DNA from: Spirochaetia bacterium
Lineage (GTDB): Bacteria > Spirochaetota > Spirochaetia > DSM-2461
DNA length: 64,000 bases
Direction of reading: 5' to 3'
Assembly (NCBI GenBank): GCA_963668315.1
Contig: OY764216.1
Coordinates: forward strand, 3,904,001 to 3,968,000
Position numbers and translations under genes: made by a program. The notes beneath the pieces were generated by a model, which was not told where the DNA came from, did not search any database, and worked only from the letters and a program-made list of their open reading frames with translations. Each line of letters opens with the position of its first letter. Position 1 is the first letter of the stretch. This document shows positions 42,300-52,480 of the stretch, piece after piece.

Positions 42300-42667
42300 T
42301 GGATATAGGAGATGCCATTCTAAGCCTGATTACCTTCCTATTCTTTGTCTTTCTGTTTATCAATCCCTATCTACGGAAGCTGACCAGGGAAGCGGAAAAA
42401 GCGGAGGCCGATGAAGAGGCGGCACAGACACAGGACTTATCCAAATACCAGGCGGAAGAGGAGATTTCAGATCACACACCCGCCCCAGCCCCTGAATTTT
42501 CGGTCCGACAGGAATTACCCCGGGAAATGAAAAGCCCTATCATTGCATCACAGGATTACGGTCCCGTAGAACGAATTGAAAATCTTTCCCCCTTGAAAAG
42601 AGCCTTCCTCTGGAGCGAGATACTTCCCGGAACCCCTTATGAAAAAGACGGGGGAGGATTGGGATAA
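42296..42667 (+). CDS. Small membrane protein, third gene of the nfeD-floA operon
   Basis: N-terminal TM span, [10 protein letters not shown] motif; overlaps the floA stop. Confidence 0.75.
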   Translation: MMDIGDAILSLITFLFFVFLFINPYLRKLTREAEKAEADEEAAQTQDLSKYQAEEEISDHTPAPAPEFSVRQELPREMKSPIIASQDYGPVERIENLSPLKRAFLWSEILPGTPYEKDGGGLG

Positions 42668-43891
42668 TGTTCCAATTCTTTGACATATCCTCATCTATAC
42701 TGCTTTTCTTTTCATCGGATTTACCAGAATTCTGTTCCAGTGAGCTTTCTGGTAATCCGATAGATAGGGCATAAAATCTTTCTCTCTTCTTCGGATTCCC
42801 CCGAATATATTCTGAACAATATCCTGAATATCCTTCAAGTCAAATCCGGCGGCCTGACTATGGTATTCATAAGTCCTATTCTTCCTGTTAATTCGGTATG
42901 GCTTAAGAAAATTATGCCAAAAACTGTAACAGGTAAATCGGTCCATACTGTTATTTATATTTCTCCCGAATTGAACAGTCTCCCGAATAAACTCAGCTAG
43001 ATCTTTTCTTATCTGCCTATCTATATAATTGCACGGGAACAACTTATTTTGATAGTTCCTTTCCTTGCGGGAGTTCGTCCTTCTGTGATGTATCTTGAGA
43101 GAGAGGGATGCGTAATTTTTAACCTGATAGGCATAAATAGGATGTTCGTCTGTGTCCAGAATCACGTTTTTCATGGAAGATAGCTCTGCTTTTTCTGATA
43201 GATATTTCAGGATCTCTCTGAATCTATTGGAAGCGGCTCTCTTTTCAAATTGAGCAGATATGTAAAGTTCTGATTTCCGTTTTTTCTGCTCCGAGGTGCA
43301 TGCTCCTTTTCGTTTGAAATGGTAGGCGTTGAAGGTGTAGATAAATTGAGATTTCTGTCCGACCAGAATATTAATGTTTGTCGGAAAATATTGAGAAAGA
43401 ATGAAATTTTCCAAACCATCGGCAGCGACAGATTCGCGAAGCTCCAACTCATAATTTCCCTTTGCGCAAACAGAGGTGATCCTTTTAGACAGTCGTTGTA
43501 TTCTGTTCGTGATCAAGCCTGGAGAATAATTCATCGCCCGTGCCATATCCCTGATCCCCGAACCACTGACAAGATGATTTAAAAGAGTAGAATAGGATAA
43601 CTTTTTATGGGCATGGTAGTTAATTGAGAAATAAGAGAGTGAAAATGTGGTTAAGCAGTTTCTGCATTGATAACGCTGAACTTTGCCATCTCTTTTTGTT
43701 GTTACAAATCCTTTTTTTCGGAGCCAGGAATCCTCTTGCGAAGGGTGATTATGATTTATACATTCAGGATTAGGACAATATAGCTGGTCAGGCATGAAAT
43801 ACCTCCTTCTTTCAATGACTTGTATAGAAAGAGAGCTCTTTTTGTCAGAAAACCTGAATCATTAGAAAAAACATGTCAAACAATGAGAACA
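42668..43891. mobile_element. IS1-like insertion sequence with imperfect terminal inverted repeats
   Basis: TGTTCCAATTCTTTGACAT (42668-42686) versus the reverse complement of 43873-43891, TGTTCTCATTGTTTGACAT (16/19 match); AT-rich; sits between convergent genes. Confidence 0.75.
42695..43795 (-). CDS. IS1-like single-ORF transposase
   Basis: Zn ribbon CPNPEC...QRYQCRNC, HTH (GIRDMAR), acidic motifs AADG and DTDEH; AGGAGG SD. Confidence 0.75.
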   Translation of the reverse strand: MPDQLYCPNPECINHNHPSQEDSWLRKKGFVTTKRDGKVQRYQCRNCLTTFSLSYFSINYHAHKKLSYSTLLNHLVSGSGIRDMARAMNYSPGLITNRIQRLSKRITSVCAKGNYELELRESVAADGLENFILSQYFPTNINILVGQKSQFIYTFNAYHFKRKGACTSEQKKRKSELYISAQFEKRAASNRFREILKYLSEKAELSSMKNVILDTDEHPIYAYQVKNYASLSLKIHHRRTNSRKERNYQNKLFPCNYIDRQIRKDLAEFIRETVQFGRNINNSMDRFTCYSFWHNFLKPYRINRKNRTYEYHSQAAGFDLKDIQDIVQNIFGGIRRREKDFMPYLSDYQKAHWNRILVNPMKRKAV

Positions 43892-43899
43892 CTGCTAGG

Positions 43900-45129
43900 C
43901 TAGAAAACTTCTTCCAGCACATAGAACAGATTGCGATCCGTTCCGAAAATCAGCCAGCGGCCCGAGATAACCGGCGCCGAGAGCAGGGAGCCTTCTATCT
44001 CCATACGCCACTGCTCCTGCCCCGTTTCGGCGCTCAGGCATACCAGCTGTCCGGGAAGTCCCAGCTCTTCCGACTCTTCCAGCCCGACAAAAAGGCGGCT
44101 TCCCCCCACCAGGGGGGCTCCGGAAAGGGGCTGGTCGAAAAGGGTTTCCCCGATCAGTTCTCCGGTTTTCCCGTTGAACGTTCTCAGCTTCATATCCCCG
44201 GCGGTAAAGAAAACACGGTTTTTATATAGGGCCGGTGCCAGATAATCCAGCTGTTCCGTACTGTCCCTGAAGGCGTCCGTCCCGTCTATCCGGGGATCGA
44301 GATAGGCCTGGTCGAATTGCTGCCAGAGCGTCTCCCCCGTGTCCTTATCCAGACAGGAAAAGCGGTATTCCCAGATTCCGTCTATGACACCGGAAGCAGC
44401 GAAGTAGAGCCTGTCCCCCCTTATGGCGGGAAAAGAGTACCAGTTATAGATATCTATGGCCGTATCCACATGCCAGGTATAACTCTCCGACGCTGTATTG
44501 AAGACGGCAAGAGTATGGGGCAGTTCGGGCGGCCCGGGGGAAAAATAGACCGTGTCCCCGTGAATCTGGAAGGAGTTTCTCAGCCAGATAAGATTGGGAA
44601 GGGACCAGAAAAGCTCTCCGCTGTCCCTGTCCAGGCAGTAAAGAGCGTCTGCATCACTGATGGCATAGATTTTTTTGTCATGCAGTACAATGGTGGAATT
44701 CACGGGAGACTTTGTCTTGAAGGACCAGACAGGATTCCCCGATTCCCTGTCCAGCGCATAGATAAATCCGTCGGAGGAACCGATATACACTTTATCCCTG
44801 TCGGCGGTGGGCACCGCATTTATCGGCCCGGCCGTACGGAAAACCCACTCCATATAACCCGTCTCGATATCCAGGGCATATAAATTCCCGTCGGCCGATC
44901 CGAAGTAGAGAGAGTGCCCGTAGACAGCGGGGGGATTAAAGCTCTCCCGGCGCTTGTCCTTATCCTGAAGAATCAGCTTCCATTTGACTCCCAGGGGCGG
45001 CTTGATGACCGTATCCGTACGTCCCGAACCGGCCTTCCCCCTGTAGGAGAGCCAGTTCTCAGAACAGCTTCCCAAAAGGATCAGGAAGAGAAGCGAAAAG
45101 AGGATATTTCTAACGGCTTTTGAGCCCAT
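43900..45129 (-). CDS. PQQ-like beta-propeller lipoprotein (BamB-like fold)
   Basis: Lipobox LLGSC; repeated GxxYALDxxTGxxxW blades. Confidence 0.9.
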   Translation of the reverse strand: MGSKAVRNILFSLLFLILLGSCSENWLSYRGKAGSGRTDTVIKPPLGVKWKLILQDKDKRRESFNPPAVYGHSLYFGSADGNLYALDIETGYMEWVFRTAGPINAVPTADRDKVYIGSSDGFIYALDRESGNPVWSFKTKSPVNSTIVLHDKKIYAISDADALYCLDRDSGELFWSLPNLIWLRNSFQIHGDTVYFSPGPPELPHTLAVFNTASESYTWHVDTAIDIYNWYSFPAIRGDRLYFAASGVIDGIWEYRFSCLDKDTGETLWQQFDQAYLDPRIDGTDAFRDSTEQLDYLAPALYKNRVFFTAGDMKLRTFNGKTGELIGETLFDQPLSGAPLVGGSRLFVGLEESEELGLPGQLVCLSAETGQEQWRMEIEGSLLSAPVISGRWLIFGTDRNLFYVLEEVF

Positions 45130-47290
45130 GGTACAATCCTTTCAAACTGAAGATCTCCCGTATTCCGCGTATCAGAGAACGGTCCTTTTTGAAAACCAGC
45201 CTGTACTCCCGTATATAGGCCTCCCAAAGGGATGTTTCCCTGTTTTCGCTCATTCCGTACACCCCTTCAATAAAAGCACCGGTGAAGGATTCCAGCCCGG
45301 GGCACTCTGCCGCGTATTCCCGGGGAGTGACATGGGCCTCCCGGGCGGGATACCCCCTGTCAGCCCAGCGTATCAGCATGAGACGATAGAGCGCCTTGTA
45401 GCCCTTTTCGCCCGGAACCGTTCCGCGGGATCTTAATAGGATAGCGACTCCCCCTTTGACGGCGTAGGCGCCTGCCAGAAACAGGAGGATTCCTCCTCCC
45501 ATGAAACGCAGCATAATCCGCCAGGGAAAAATAAAGCGGGCCTTTCCCTTTACCGTCTCGGTAATAATGGGGATGACAACGTCAAGCTGATTGGGATCGC
45601 CCGTGCCGCTGGGAGCCATCGCCTGGGACGTCGTCTCGAAATCAATCCAGCCGTATCGGGGAAACCAGCACTGAACCCAGGCATGGCGGTGGGAGGAAGT
45701 AACCAGAAACAGGTCATTGAGGCTTTTCCCCTGCAGGGGGGGAATCTGATCCTGTAGATACATGAGGGCCTGCCGGTGGTTGGTCGTCTGAAGGTTGTCA
45801 CTGGCCAGATAGCCGGTTACAACCCGTGTCGGAATTCCCGCCCGCCTTGCCAGCATGGCGGTGCCGTTGGCAAATTCGGTACAGTCCCCCTCTTTGAGGG
45901 AAACAAGAAAATCCAGCGTATGGACGCTGCTCCAGTCCTCCGTAAATCCCAGGTTATACTGATAGCTCTTATACATGGAAAGAATAGCCTGCAGCCTGTC
46001 ATAGGGGGGCAGTTCCCCAAGGCCCAGAGACTCGATGATGCTGTCCAGAGCCTCATTCTGTTCGGGAAGCAGATCAAGGGCCAGAGAGTCATTCACATCC
46101 TCGGGAAGATCCCGGGGATAGGAGGGAATGAAATGAAGAGGGGCCAGGGCCCTTTCATTCGTAATAAGGGAGAGGCTGTTCCAGGAATAGACAAAGGGGT
46201 AATAGCTCCGGTCGTTGACGGTCGGTTCCACCGAATAGGGAAAATAGGGGACACCCTTTTCCGGATCGATGGACAGAACAGAAACACGGATCCCTTCACG
46301 GCCCGTGAAAAATGTGGTATGGGAATTTCTCCAGGTTTCCACAAAACGCATCCGGGGAATCTCGTTAAGGTAAAGATCCGGATCGGCCTTGAAGCCTTCC
46401 TCCCGGTCATGACCGGTATAATATCGGGATGCCAGATAGGTGGAGGATTTTTCCGATTCCACAATCATCACGGCGTACTGACGGGGAGGCTCCCCTTCCC
46501 CGGAACCGGATGAGGCGCCCTGCCATGAGTTTCCCGGAACTCCCAGCAGTTTAGGTCCCGAATCCCCCTGCCCGTCCTTGCCGCCCTCTCCCTCATCCCG
46601 GCTCTGCGGATCCTGACCGTCTCCCTTGAGATTTCCGCCGTCCAGGGGGGAATTGCTTGTCAGATCCAGCAGTTCGGGGCGATGCTTGATGGGGTCGTTT
46701 ACCGTTTCGGGTATGATGTCATGGGTAATTCCTTCCGCGCCCGGCAGGAAAGAAAGGAGAAATACTCCCAGAATAAAAACTCCCAGGGAAAGAATCTCCC
46801 CTTTTCTTTTCTCGAATGGCCGGGAGCCGCTGAGCAGAAGCAGGGCGCCGTAAGTGAAAAAGCTTATCACAAGAAAGAAAAGCAGTATCCTGCTGAACCC
46901 GCCCTGACTTTCGGCTCCTTCGGGAGATGAATAGGTAAAAAGGAGCATGCGGTAATGAATGAAAGCGAAGAGAAACATCTCGCCCTTGAGAAAAAAAGTG
47001 ATTTTCCTGTTATGGACAAGCCACGTGCTGGCAAAGATATAGGCGCCGATCAGGATGGATAATAAGCCCTCCCTTGTCATACCGGGCAGCAGGACGGTAA
47101 AAAGGCCGAGCAGGAGGAGCTCCCATAGAACTTTTCTCCTTCCTCCCCAAAGGGCCAGTACCGCGGAAAGGGGTATCAACAAGAAATACAGTCCCGCTCC
47201 CGTCAGATCAAAGGAGACCGATACGGCCGGTTCTCCCAGAATCAGAAGGAGGGTCAGGCCGTAAAGGAAGGCACGGTAAATGAGAATCAC
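45110..47290 (-). CDS. Membrane transglutaminase-like protein
   Basis: N-terminal TMs; GDCTEFA, GIPTRVVTGY and HAWVQCW motifs. Confidence 0.9.
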   Translation of the reverse strand: MILIYRAFLYGLTLLLILGEPAVSVSFDLTGAGLYFLLIPLSAVLALWGGRRKVLWELLLLGLFTVLLPGMTREGLLSILIGAYIFASTWLVHNRKITFFLKGEMFLFAFIHYRMLLFTYSSPEGAESQGGFSRILLFFLVISFFTYGALLLLSGSRPFEKRKGEILSLGVFILGVFLLSFLPGAEGITHDIIPETVNDPIKHRPELLDLTSNSPLDGGNLKGDGQDPQSRDEGEGGKDGQGDSGPKLLGVPGNSWQGASSGSGEGEPPRQYAVMIVESEKSSTYLASRYYTGHDREEGFKADPDLYLNEIPRMRFVETWRNSHTTFFTGREGIRVSVLSIDPEKGVPYFPYSVEPTVNDRSYYPFVYSWNSLSLITNERALAPLHFIPSYPRDLPEDVNDSLALDLLPEQNEALDSIIESLGLGELPPYDRLQAILSMYKSYQYNLGFTEDWSSVHTLDFLVSLKEGDCTEFANGTAMLARRAGIPTRVVTGYLASDNLQTTNHRQALMYLQDQIPPLQGKSLNDLFLVTSSHRHAWVQCWFPRYGWIDFETTSQAMAPSGTGDPNQLDVVIPIITETVKGKARFIFPWRIMLRFMGGGILLFLAGAYAVKGGVAILLRSRGTVPGEKGYKALYRLMLIRWADRGYPAREAHVTPREYAAECPGLESFTGAFIEGVYGMSENRETSLWEAYIREYRLVFKKDRSLIRGIREIFSLKGLYHGLKSR

Positions 47291-48504
47291 AGCCGTACCC
47301 CCAGATTAATAGCCCCTTCCTGAATTTTTCTGCTCCCCAGGGCCTTTGAGACTTTATTCTCCGTCCTTCCCGGTATGAGAAGTGCTTTCAGAAGGGAACC
47401 TCTGGGCAGGGGGTTTCCGTTAAGAAGCTCTATATTCCTGTCCTTCTCCCCTTCCCCGTTGAGGGTGCAGATAAAAACCCTTTCTGGAAACTGCGCCCGG
47501 AGGATTCCCGCGTCCCGATCGGCTTCGGTGGTACACAGGATCGCCCCTTCGGGAATCTCCCCCCTGGAGGAACTTTTCTTCCCCAGGCGGCAGAGCGCCG
47601 ACAGGCAGTCCTGCTCAAAATCCTCCGAACGGCTGTCAAAGACTTTGTCATTTACATACACTTCCAGCACCAGGGCGGGATTCGCCTTTCTCAGATCATG
47701 TATCAGCGTTTCTCCCAGAGATTTCAGCCCGAACAGAAGAACCGATGCCGCAGGCTCGGCAATATCGGCCGTTCCCTCATTGCGGAGCACAAGGGTCATG
47801 CGCGACACGGTCTGTTCCCTGTCGGGCGATATGCGCGTGTAGATGGTGGAGAACTTACCGCTGGCCTTCCAGTTGATGTCCCTCACCAGATCTCCCGGCT
47901 GGTACTCCCTCATGAGTACCTTCTCGGGATTGGAGGGATCGCTTTTAATCTGTTCCTCGTTTTCATCGGCCGCCCGGGGTGTGGGAAATGTCCTGTTCCC
48001 CAGCAGGGCAGGATGATAAAGAACCTGCCTATGCTCCGTATCGGTAAGGGGAAAACGGATAAACCCGAATAGATCGGTCAGGTAGAGCCTTCCCCGGCAC
48101 TGAAAAAGCCCCGGAAGGGGAAGGGGCAGCCCGAAGAGAAGCCGCTGTGTGAAAATCCGGGATGTTCTTACGGTGTAAAGGGTGTCCTTCCCCGCCGACA
48201 GGTTTCCCCGTAAGAGGAACAGATACCTCGTGCCCCAACCGGCTTCGGAGGGCGCCTGGAGAAGCATGTTTTTTCTCTTATCCGGAGAGGAGGCGTAATT
48301 CCAGTAGGCCTTCCACTCGAAGTGTTCCCTTTCAAACCGGAATGCCCCGGCTCCCGTACGGATCAGACTTCCCGTCAGGTAGCAGAGAAAGAGAAGGGAG
48401 AGGAAAATTCCGTAGCCCTGCCCTCTCGGAACGGAGGTTCCCAGAAGATAAAGGGAAAAGCCCGCCAGGCAGCTGCCCGACAGGGAAAAGGGCCAGTATT
48501 TCAC
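47287..48504 (-). CDS. DUF58 domain protein
   Basis: DLFGF and MREYQPGDLVRDINWKAS motifs. Confidence 0.9.
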   Translation of the reverse strand: MKYWPFSLSGSCLAGFSLYLLGTSVPRGQGYGIFLSLLFLCYLTGSLIRTGAGAFRFEREHFEWKAYWNYASSPDKRKNMLLQAPSEAGWGTRYLFLLRGNLSAGKDTLYTVRTSRIFTQRLLFGLPLPLPGLFQCRGRLYLTDLFGFIRFPLTDTEHRQVLYHPALLGNRTFPTPRAADENEEQIKSDPSNPEKVLMREYQPGDLVRDINWKASGKFSTIYTRISPDREQTVSRMTLVLRNEGTADIAEPAASVLLFGLKSLGETLIHDLRKANPALVLEVYVNDKVFDSRSEDFEQDCLSALCRLGKKSSSRGEIPEGAILCTTEADRDAGILRAQFPERVFICTLNGEGEKDRNIELLNGNPLPRGSLLKALLIPGRTENKVSKALGSRKIQEGAINLGVRL

Positions 48505-48509
48505 ACGGA

Positions 48510-49481
48510 TCAGGATACCACCGGCACAGCCGTGGCATTAAGTATCTCATTCAGGACGTCCTCGGCCGAGGCTTCCGAATCCTTCAGTTCCAGCCGGTGG
48601 GCTGTAGCGGCCAGAAAAATCTCTTTGATGTGATCCTGGGTAATATAGTTTTCCCCCCGGATCAGGGCCAGGGAACGGGCCAGTCGGGAAAGCTTTACCC
48701 CCGTTCGAGGACTGGCGCCCGTCTCCACCGCTCCGTGCTCCCGGGTTGCCCGGACAAGATCGACGATATACCGGATCATATCGGGGTGAATGCCCACCTG
48801 GTCCACTTCACTCTGCCACTGCCTGAGCTCGCTTGCCCTCAGCACTGGCTTCAGTCCTGCCCAGCCGTCGTTCCTGCCGTGCTGGCTCACAATGGCTCTC
48901 TCGTCGGCATCATCGGGATAACCGAGGGAAAGCCTGAGCATGAATCGGTCGAGCTGAGGCGCGGGAAGGGGGAAGAGATGGGCTCCCTTGAGGTTCATGG
49001 TGGATATGATGAAGAAGGGGGAAGGCAGGTGATAGGTGTTCCCCTCGATGCTCACGCTCTGCTCCTCCATAACCTGGAAGAAACTTCCCTGGGTTTTGGG
49101 GGTCAGAAGATTAATCTCGTCGCAGAGGAGAAAATGGGCGAACACCGGCCCCTTGTTGAAAGATAACTCGTATCCCGAACCGGCGATTCGGGAGTATCCC
49201 AGGATATCCTGGGGCAGCAGGTCCACCGTACACTGTATACGGTTGAAATGGTCAATCTCGATTCCCTCCGGGGTCCGCTCGCTGGTATCCCAGTCGATCG
49301 ATCCGGCGAGAGCTCTCGCCAGGGAAGTCTTGCCCACCCCATGGGTATCGGCCAGCATGACATGCCCGCCGGCGACCAGGGACGCCAGCAGATATTCCAG
49401 TTTTTTCTCATCCATGTAAATGACGGACGTTATGTTGGCTTTCAGAGCATCCAGCTTACTCAGGCTTTGTATCGCATCCAC
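48510..49481 (-). CDS. moxR: MoxR family AAA+ ATPase
   Basis: GVGKT, RIQCTVDLLPQDILG, DEIN, LPAPQLDRF and GASPR motifs. Confidence 0.93.
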   Translation of the reverse strand: MDAIQSLSKLDALKANITSVIYMDEKKLEYLLASLVAGGHVMLADTHGVGKTSLARALAGSIDWDTSERTPEGIEIDHFNRIQCTVDLLPQDILGYSRIAGSGYELSFNKGPVFAHFLLCDEINLLTPKTQGSFFQVMEEQSVSIEGNTYHLPSPFFIISTMNLKGAHLFPLPAPQLDRFMLRLSLGYPDDADERAIVSQHGRNDGWAGLKPVLRASELRQWQSEVDQVGIHPDMIRYIVDLVRATREHGAVETGASPRTGVKLSRLARSLALIRGENYITQDHIKEIFLAATAHRLELKDSEASAEDVLNEILNATAVPVVS

Positions 49482-49576
49482 CCTTCCAGTATAAAAGATT
49501 GTATCAGGAATAGCAATCTCATAGGGAATCTCTGTTGAATATTGACTTTGCGTGAATGGCGGATTAAAATTAACCT

Positions 49577-49939
49577 ATGGTCCAGAATGAAAGAAAATTT
49601 ATGAGAACCGATTTCTATGTCAACGGGTACTTCAATGAAGCGGGAAAAACGATTACCTTCAAAGTGGTGAATCTGTCCCTCAAGGGGGCGTTGATTCATC
49701 TCGACGAAGAGCTGACCCTTCAGAAAAATCAGGAAATAGACATTTCCATTCTTCTCACCCATTCGGAAGTGAAAATCAATGCCCGCTGCCTGGTCGTCCA
49801 TATCTCCTCGGACGGAGAATACGGCCTGAAATTCGAGTCAATCGATCTGGACAGCATGATACACCTCCGCCGTCTTCTTGAACTGAATACGGTGCCCGAA
49901 GGGGAAATAGAGAGGGAACTCTCCTTTCTGAGGGATTAA
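49577..49939 (+). CDS. Stand-alone PilZ c-di-GMP receptor (MapZ/PA4608-like)
   Basis: RKFMR (RxxxR), NLSLKG (NxSxxG) and C-terminal IDLDSMIHLRRLLELN...EREL. Confidence 0.9.
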   Translation: MVQNERKFMRTDFYVNGYFNEAGKTITFKVVNLSLKGALIHLDEELTLQKNQEIDISILLTHSEVKINARCLVVHISSDGEYGLKFESIDLDSMIHLRRLLELNTVPEGEIERELSFLRD

Positions 49940-49954
49940 AGGGTATGGCGGCTC

Positions 49955-50620
49955 CTAATCGGAGTCGTTCATCTCCTGAAGACGCCTTTTTGAACTGACG
50001 AAACGCTTCATCTCATTGATATTCTTAACCACAATATGCTGGGACTTGATTTCTATCTTACGGTTTTCCTGCATATGGTGAAGGATATTATTGCAGTCTT
50101 CCGAAGGAATTCCCGCCCAGTGGGCGATATCGCTCATGGTAGCTTCCAGCTCGCGCACTCCCGTATCCTCAAAGGCATCAATCTGGGGCAGCATATCGCT
50201 CAGGAGCATGAAGACATCGGCGATTTTCCCTTCCACATCATTCATCGTGAGAATCTGGAAACGCCTTTTCTGATCGTAAATACGGCGGGCGAATATCTTC
50301 AGAAGACTGATGCCTATCTGGGGATTGCCTTCCACCAGAGTGGCGAAATTGGCCCGGTTGAATTCCAGGAGGGTACAGTCCTCCAGGGCAATAATCGTTG
50401 CCGTGCGGGGAGCTTCCTCGAGAATGGCCATCTCTCCGAAAAATTCTCCCGGATTCAGTATATCAATAATCTTCTCGATATTCCCTATGATTTTGACGAT
50501 CTTGACGCGGCCCTTCTGAATCAGATAGAACCGGTCCCCCGGTTCATGTTCAAAAAAAATGACTTCCTCTTTTTGGAATGTTCGGGCGAACCGGTCAAAA
50601 ACGGCGAGATCTTCAAACAT
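49955..50620 (-). CDS. Crp/Fnr family regulator
   Basis: GEFFGEMAILEEAPRTAT cNMP motif and C-terminal HTH-like region. Confidence 0.9.
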   Translation of the reverse strand: MFEDLAVFDRFARTFQKEEVIFFEHEPGDRFYLIQKGRVKIVKIIGNIEKIIDILNPGEFFGEMAILEEAPRTATIIALEDCTLLEFNRANFATLVEGNPQIGISLLKIFARRIYDQKRRFQILTMNDVEGKIADVFMLLSDMLPQIDAFEDTGVRELEATMSDIAHWAGIPSEDCNNILHHMQENRKIEIKSQHIVVKNINEMKRFVSSKRRLQEMNDSD

Positions 50621-50622
50621 AA

Positions 50623-51561
50623 TCAGTTCTCCTTCATTTCCTTGAGGATTTCCATGGCCCGGCTCTTCTTCTGATTATCCTTAAGCATGGCGGCGGCCTT
50701 TGTCAGAAACCCGGACGCCTTGGTCCGGTCATCAAGCTCCCTGTAGGAGAGCCCGAGATAGTAGCAGATGACATCCAGCTGACCGTGGCGGGGATATTTT
50801 TTAACCAGGCCGGTGAACTGAAAAACCGCATCCTTGTATTTGCCCAGCTGATAGAGGCAGATCCCCAGGAGCAGCTCCGCTTCGGGAACATCCTCACGGG
50901 TGAGCGTATCCGATTTATAGATGAGACTGAGTCCGCGGTAGGCTTCCTCGTACTCCCCTCTGTCCATTTTTTTCCGGCAGACGAAAAGCGTGGGTATCTC
51001 TTCCTGGGGAACGTCCTTCTTACTTACCGGCCGGGATGTCAGCTCCCTCATGGCTTTCTGCACTCCCGCCACATAGATTCCCTTGGGATAATAGGTCAGG
51101 TATTTTTCAAAGGCGGCCCTGGCTTTAAGGGGATCGCCCTCTTTCTGGTAATACCGGCCCACCTCGAAAAGTCCCAGTTCCGGATCGGCCGCCGTATCGT
51201 TTGACATGAGATCCTGAACCTGATTATGAATTCTCCTCAACTGGGTGGAAAAGACCCGAAGCATCTTGGAAAGAAGCCTCTTGTTCCTGGTGACCAGCGC
51301 CTCGAACTCCTCCACGGTAAACTGAAGGATCTGGGATTCCACCATGACCATGGCTGTCTCGTCATGGACATAACCGCCCAGGGCTGCCTTGACTCCGAAG
51401 AACTCCCCGGTTTGAATGAGGTCGTGAACTTCCTGCCCCGTCTGAAGATCGGTATAGCTCAAACTTATCTGTCCCGACTTCAAAACATAAACATAGCTTG
51501 ACTTGTCCCCTTTAAAATACACTATGGAATTAGGATTATAAGTTACAGCTTTCGGGGGCAT
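50623..51561 (-). CDS. cNMP-binding domain plus TPR protein
   Basis: GEFFGVK cNMP-like fold followed by TPR-like repeats. Confidence 0.87.
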   Translation of the reverse strand: MPPKAVTYNPNSIVYFKGDKSSYVYVLKSGQISLSYTDLQTGQEVHDLIQTGEFFGVKAALGGYVHDETAMVMVESQILQFTVEEFEALVTRNKRLLSKMLRVFSTQLRRIHNQVQDLMSNDTAADPELGLFEVGRYYQKEGDPLKARAAFEKYLTYYPKGIYVAGVQKAMRELTSRPVSKKDVPQEEIPTLFVCRKKMDRGEYEEAYRGLSLIYKSDTLTREDVPEAELLLGICLYQLGKYKDAVFQFTGLVKKYPRHGQLDVICYYLGLSYRELDDRTKASGFLTKAAAMLKDNQKKSRAMEILKEMKEN

Positions 51562-51655
51562 AGGACCTCTTCTCTTCAGATTATACTTTCATTATATAAT
51601 CTATTCGGTATTTTTTCTTGAATAAGTGAAGAAATTATGTCTATTCTATACCGTA

Positions 51656-52480
51656 ATGATTGATTTGCATACCCACACCACCTATTCGGACGGGACTTTG
51701 TCGCCGAATGAACTCATTGAGAAAGCCGTGTCCATAGGACTCTCCGCGCTGGCTGTCACAGACCACGATACCACCGACGGACTGGACGAAGCCTTTGCCG
51801 AAGCGAAAAAGCGGGATCTACGCTTTATTCCGGGTATAGAGATCGAAGTGGACTTCTACCCGGGCGAATTTCACCTCCTGGGACTGGGCCTTACCGACTG
51901 GAAAGGCCCCCTGGCCGTCGCGATGGAGGACGTGAAGCAGAAGCGCCACGAGAGGAATCTGACGATTCTGGATATGATGAACAGGGAGGGGATGGGCATA
52001 AGCTGGGAGGACGTGACCCGTCAGGCCGATACGGACCTGATCGCCCGCCCCCATTTCGCCGCCGCCATGGTGGAGAAGAGAATCGTCAAAAACACCAAGC
52101 AGGCCTTCGAAAAGTACCTGGGCATGGGACGCCCCTTCTACACCCGGAAAGAAGCGCTGGATCTGGAGAAGGCAATCGATCTCATTAAAACCGGAGGGGG
52201 ACATCCCGTAATCGCCCATCCTCTCTCGCTCTACCTCTCCTGGGGTAAACTTCCGGGGAAGCTTGAGGAAATTAGGGAAGCCGGCGTGGAAGGACTGGAA
52301 GCCTGGCATCCCAGCATCAACAGGCGCAAGGCGGAAAGGCTGATTCATCTTGCGGACAAACTGGGATTCTTCATCACCGGAGGCTCCGATTATCACGGGG
52401 ATCTGAGAAAGGACCGAGATCTGGGCAAGAGCAGCGACGGGAGGACGATCCCCGATGAATATCTCGCGCCTTTTCTTTAG
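51656..52480 (+). CDS. PHP domain phosphoesterase (TrpH/YciV-like)
   Basis: DLHTHTTYSDG, TDHD, RPH, AHP and GGSDYHG motifs. Confidence 0.93.
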   Translation: MIDLHTHTTYSDGTLSPNELIEKAVSIGLSALAVTDHDTTDGLDEAFAEAKKRDLRFIPGIEIEVDFYPGEFHLLGLGLTDWKGPLAVAMEDVKQKRHERNLTILDMMNREGMGISWEDVTRQADTDLIARPHFAAAMVEKRIVKNTKQAFEKYLGMGRPFYTRKEALDLEKAIDLIKTGGGHPVIAHPLSLYLSWGKLPGKLEEIREAGVEGLEAWHPSINRRKAERLIHLADKLGFFITGGSDYHGDLRKDRDLGKSSDGRTIPDEYLAPFL

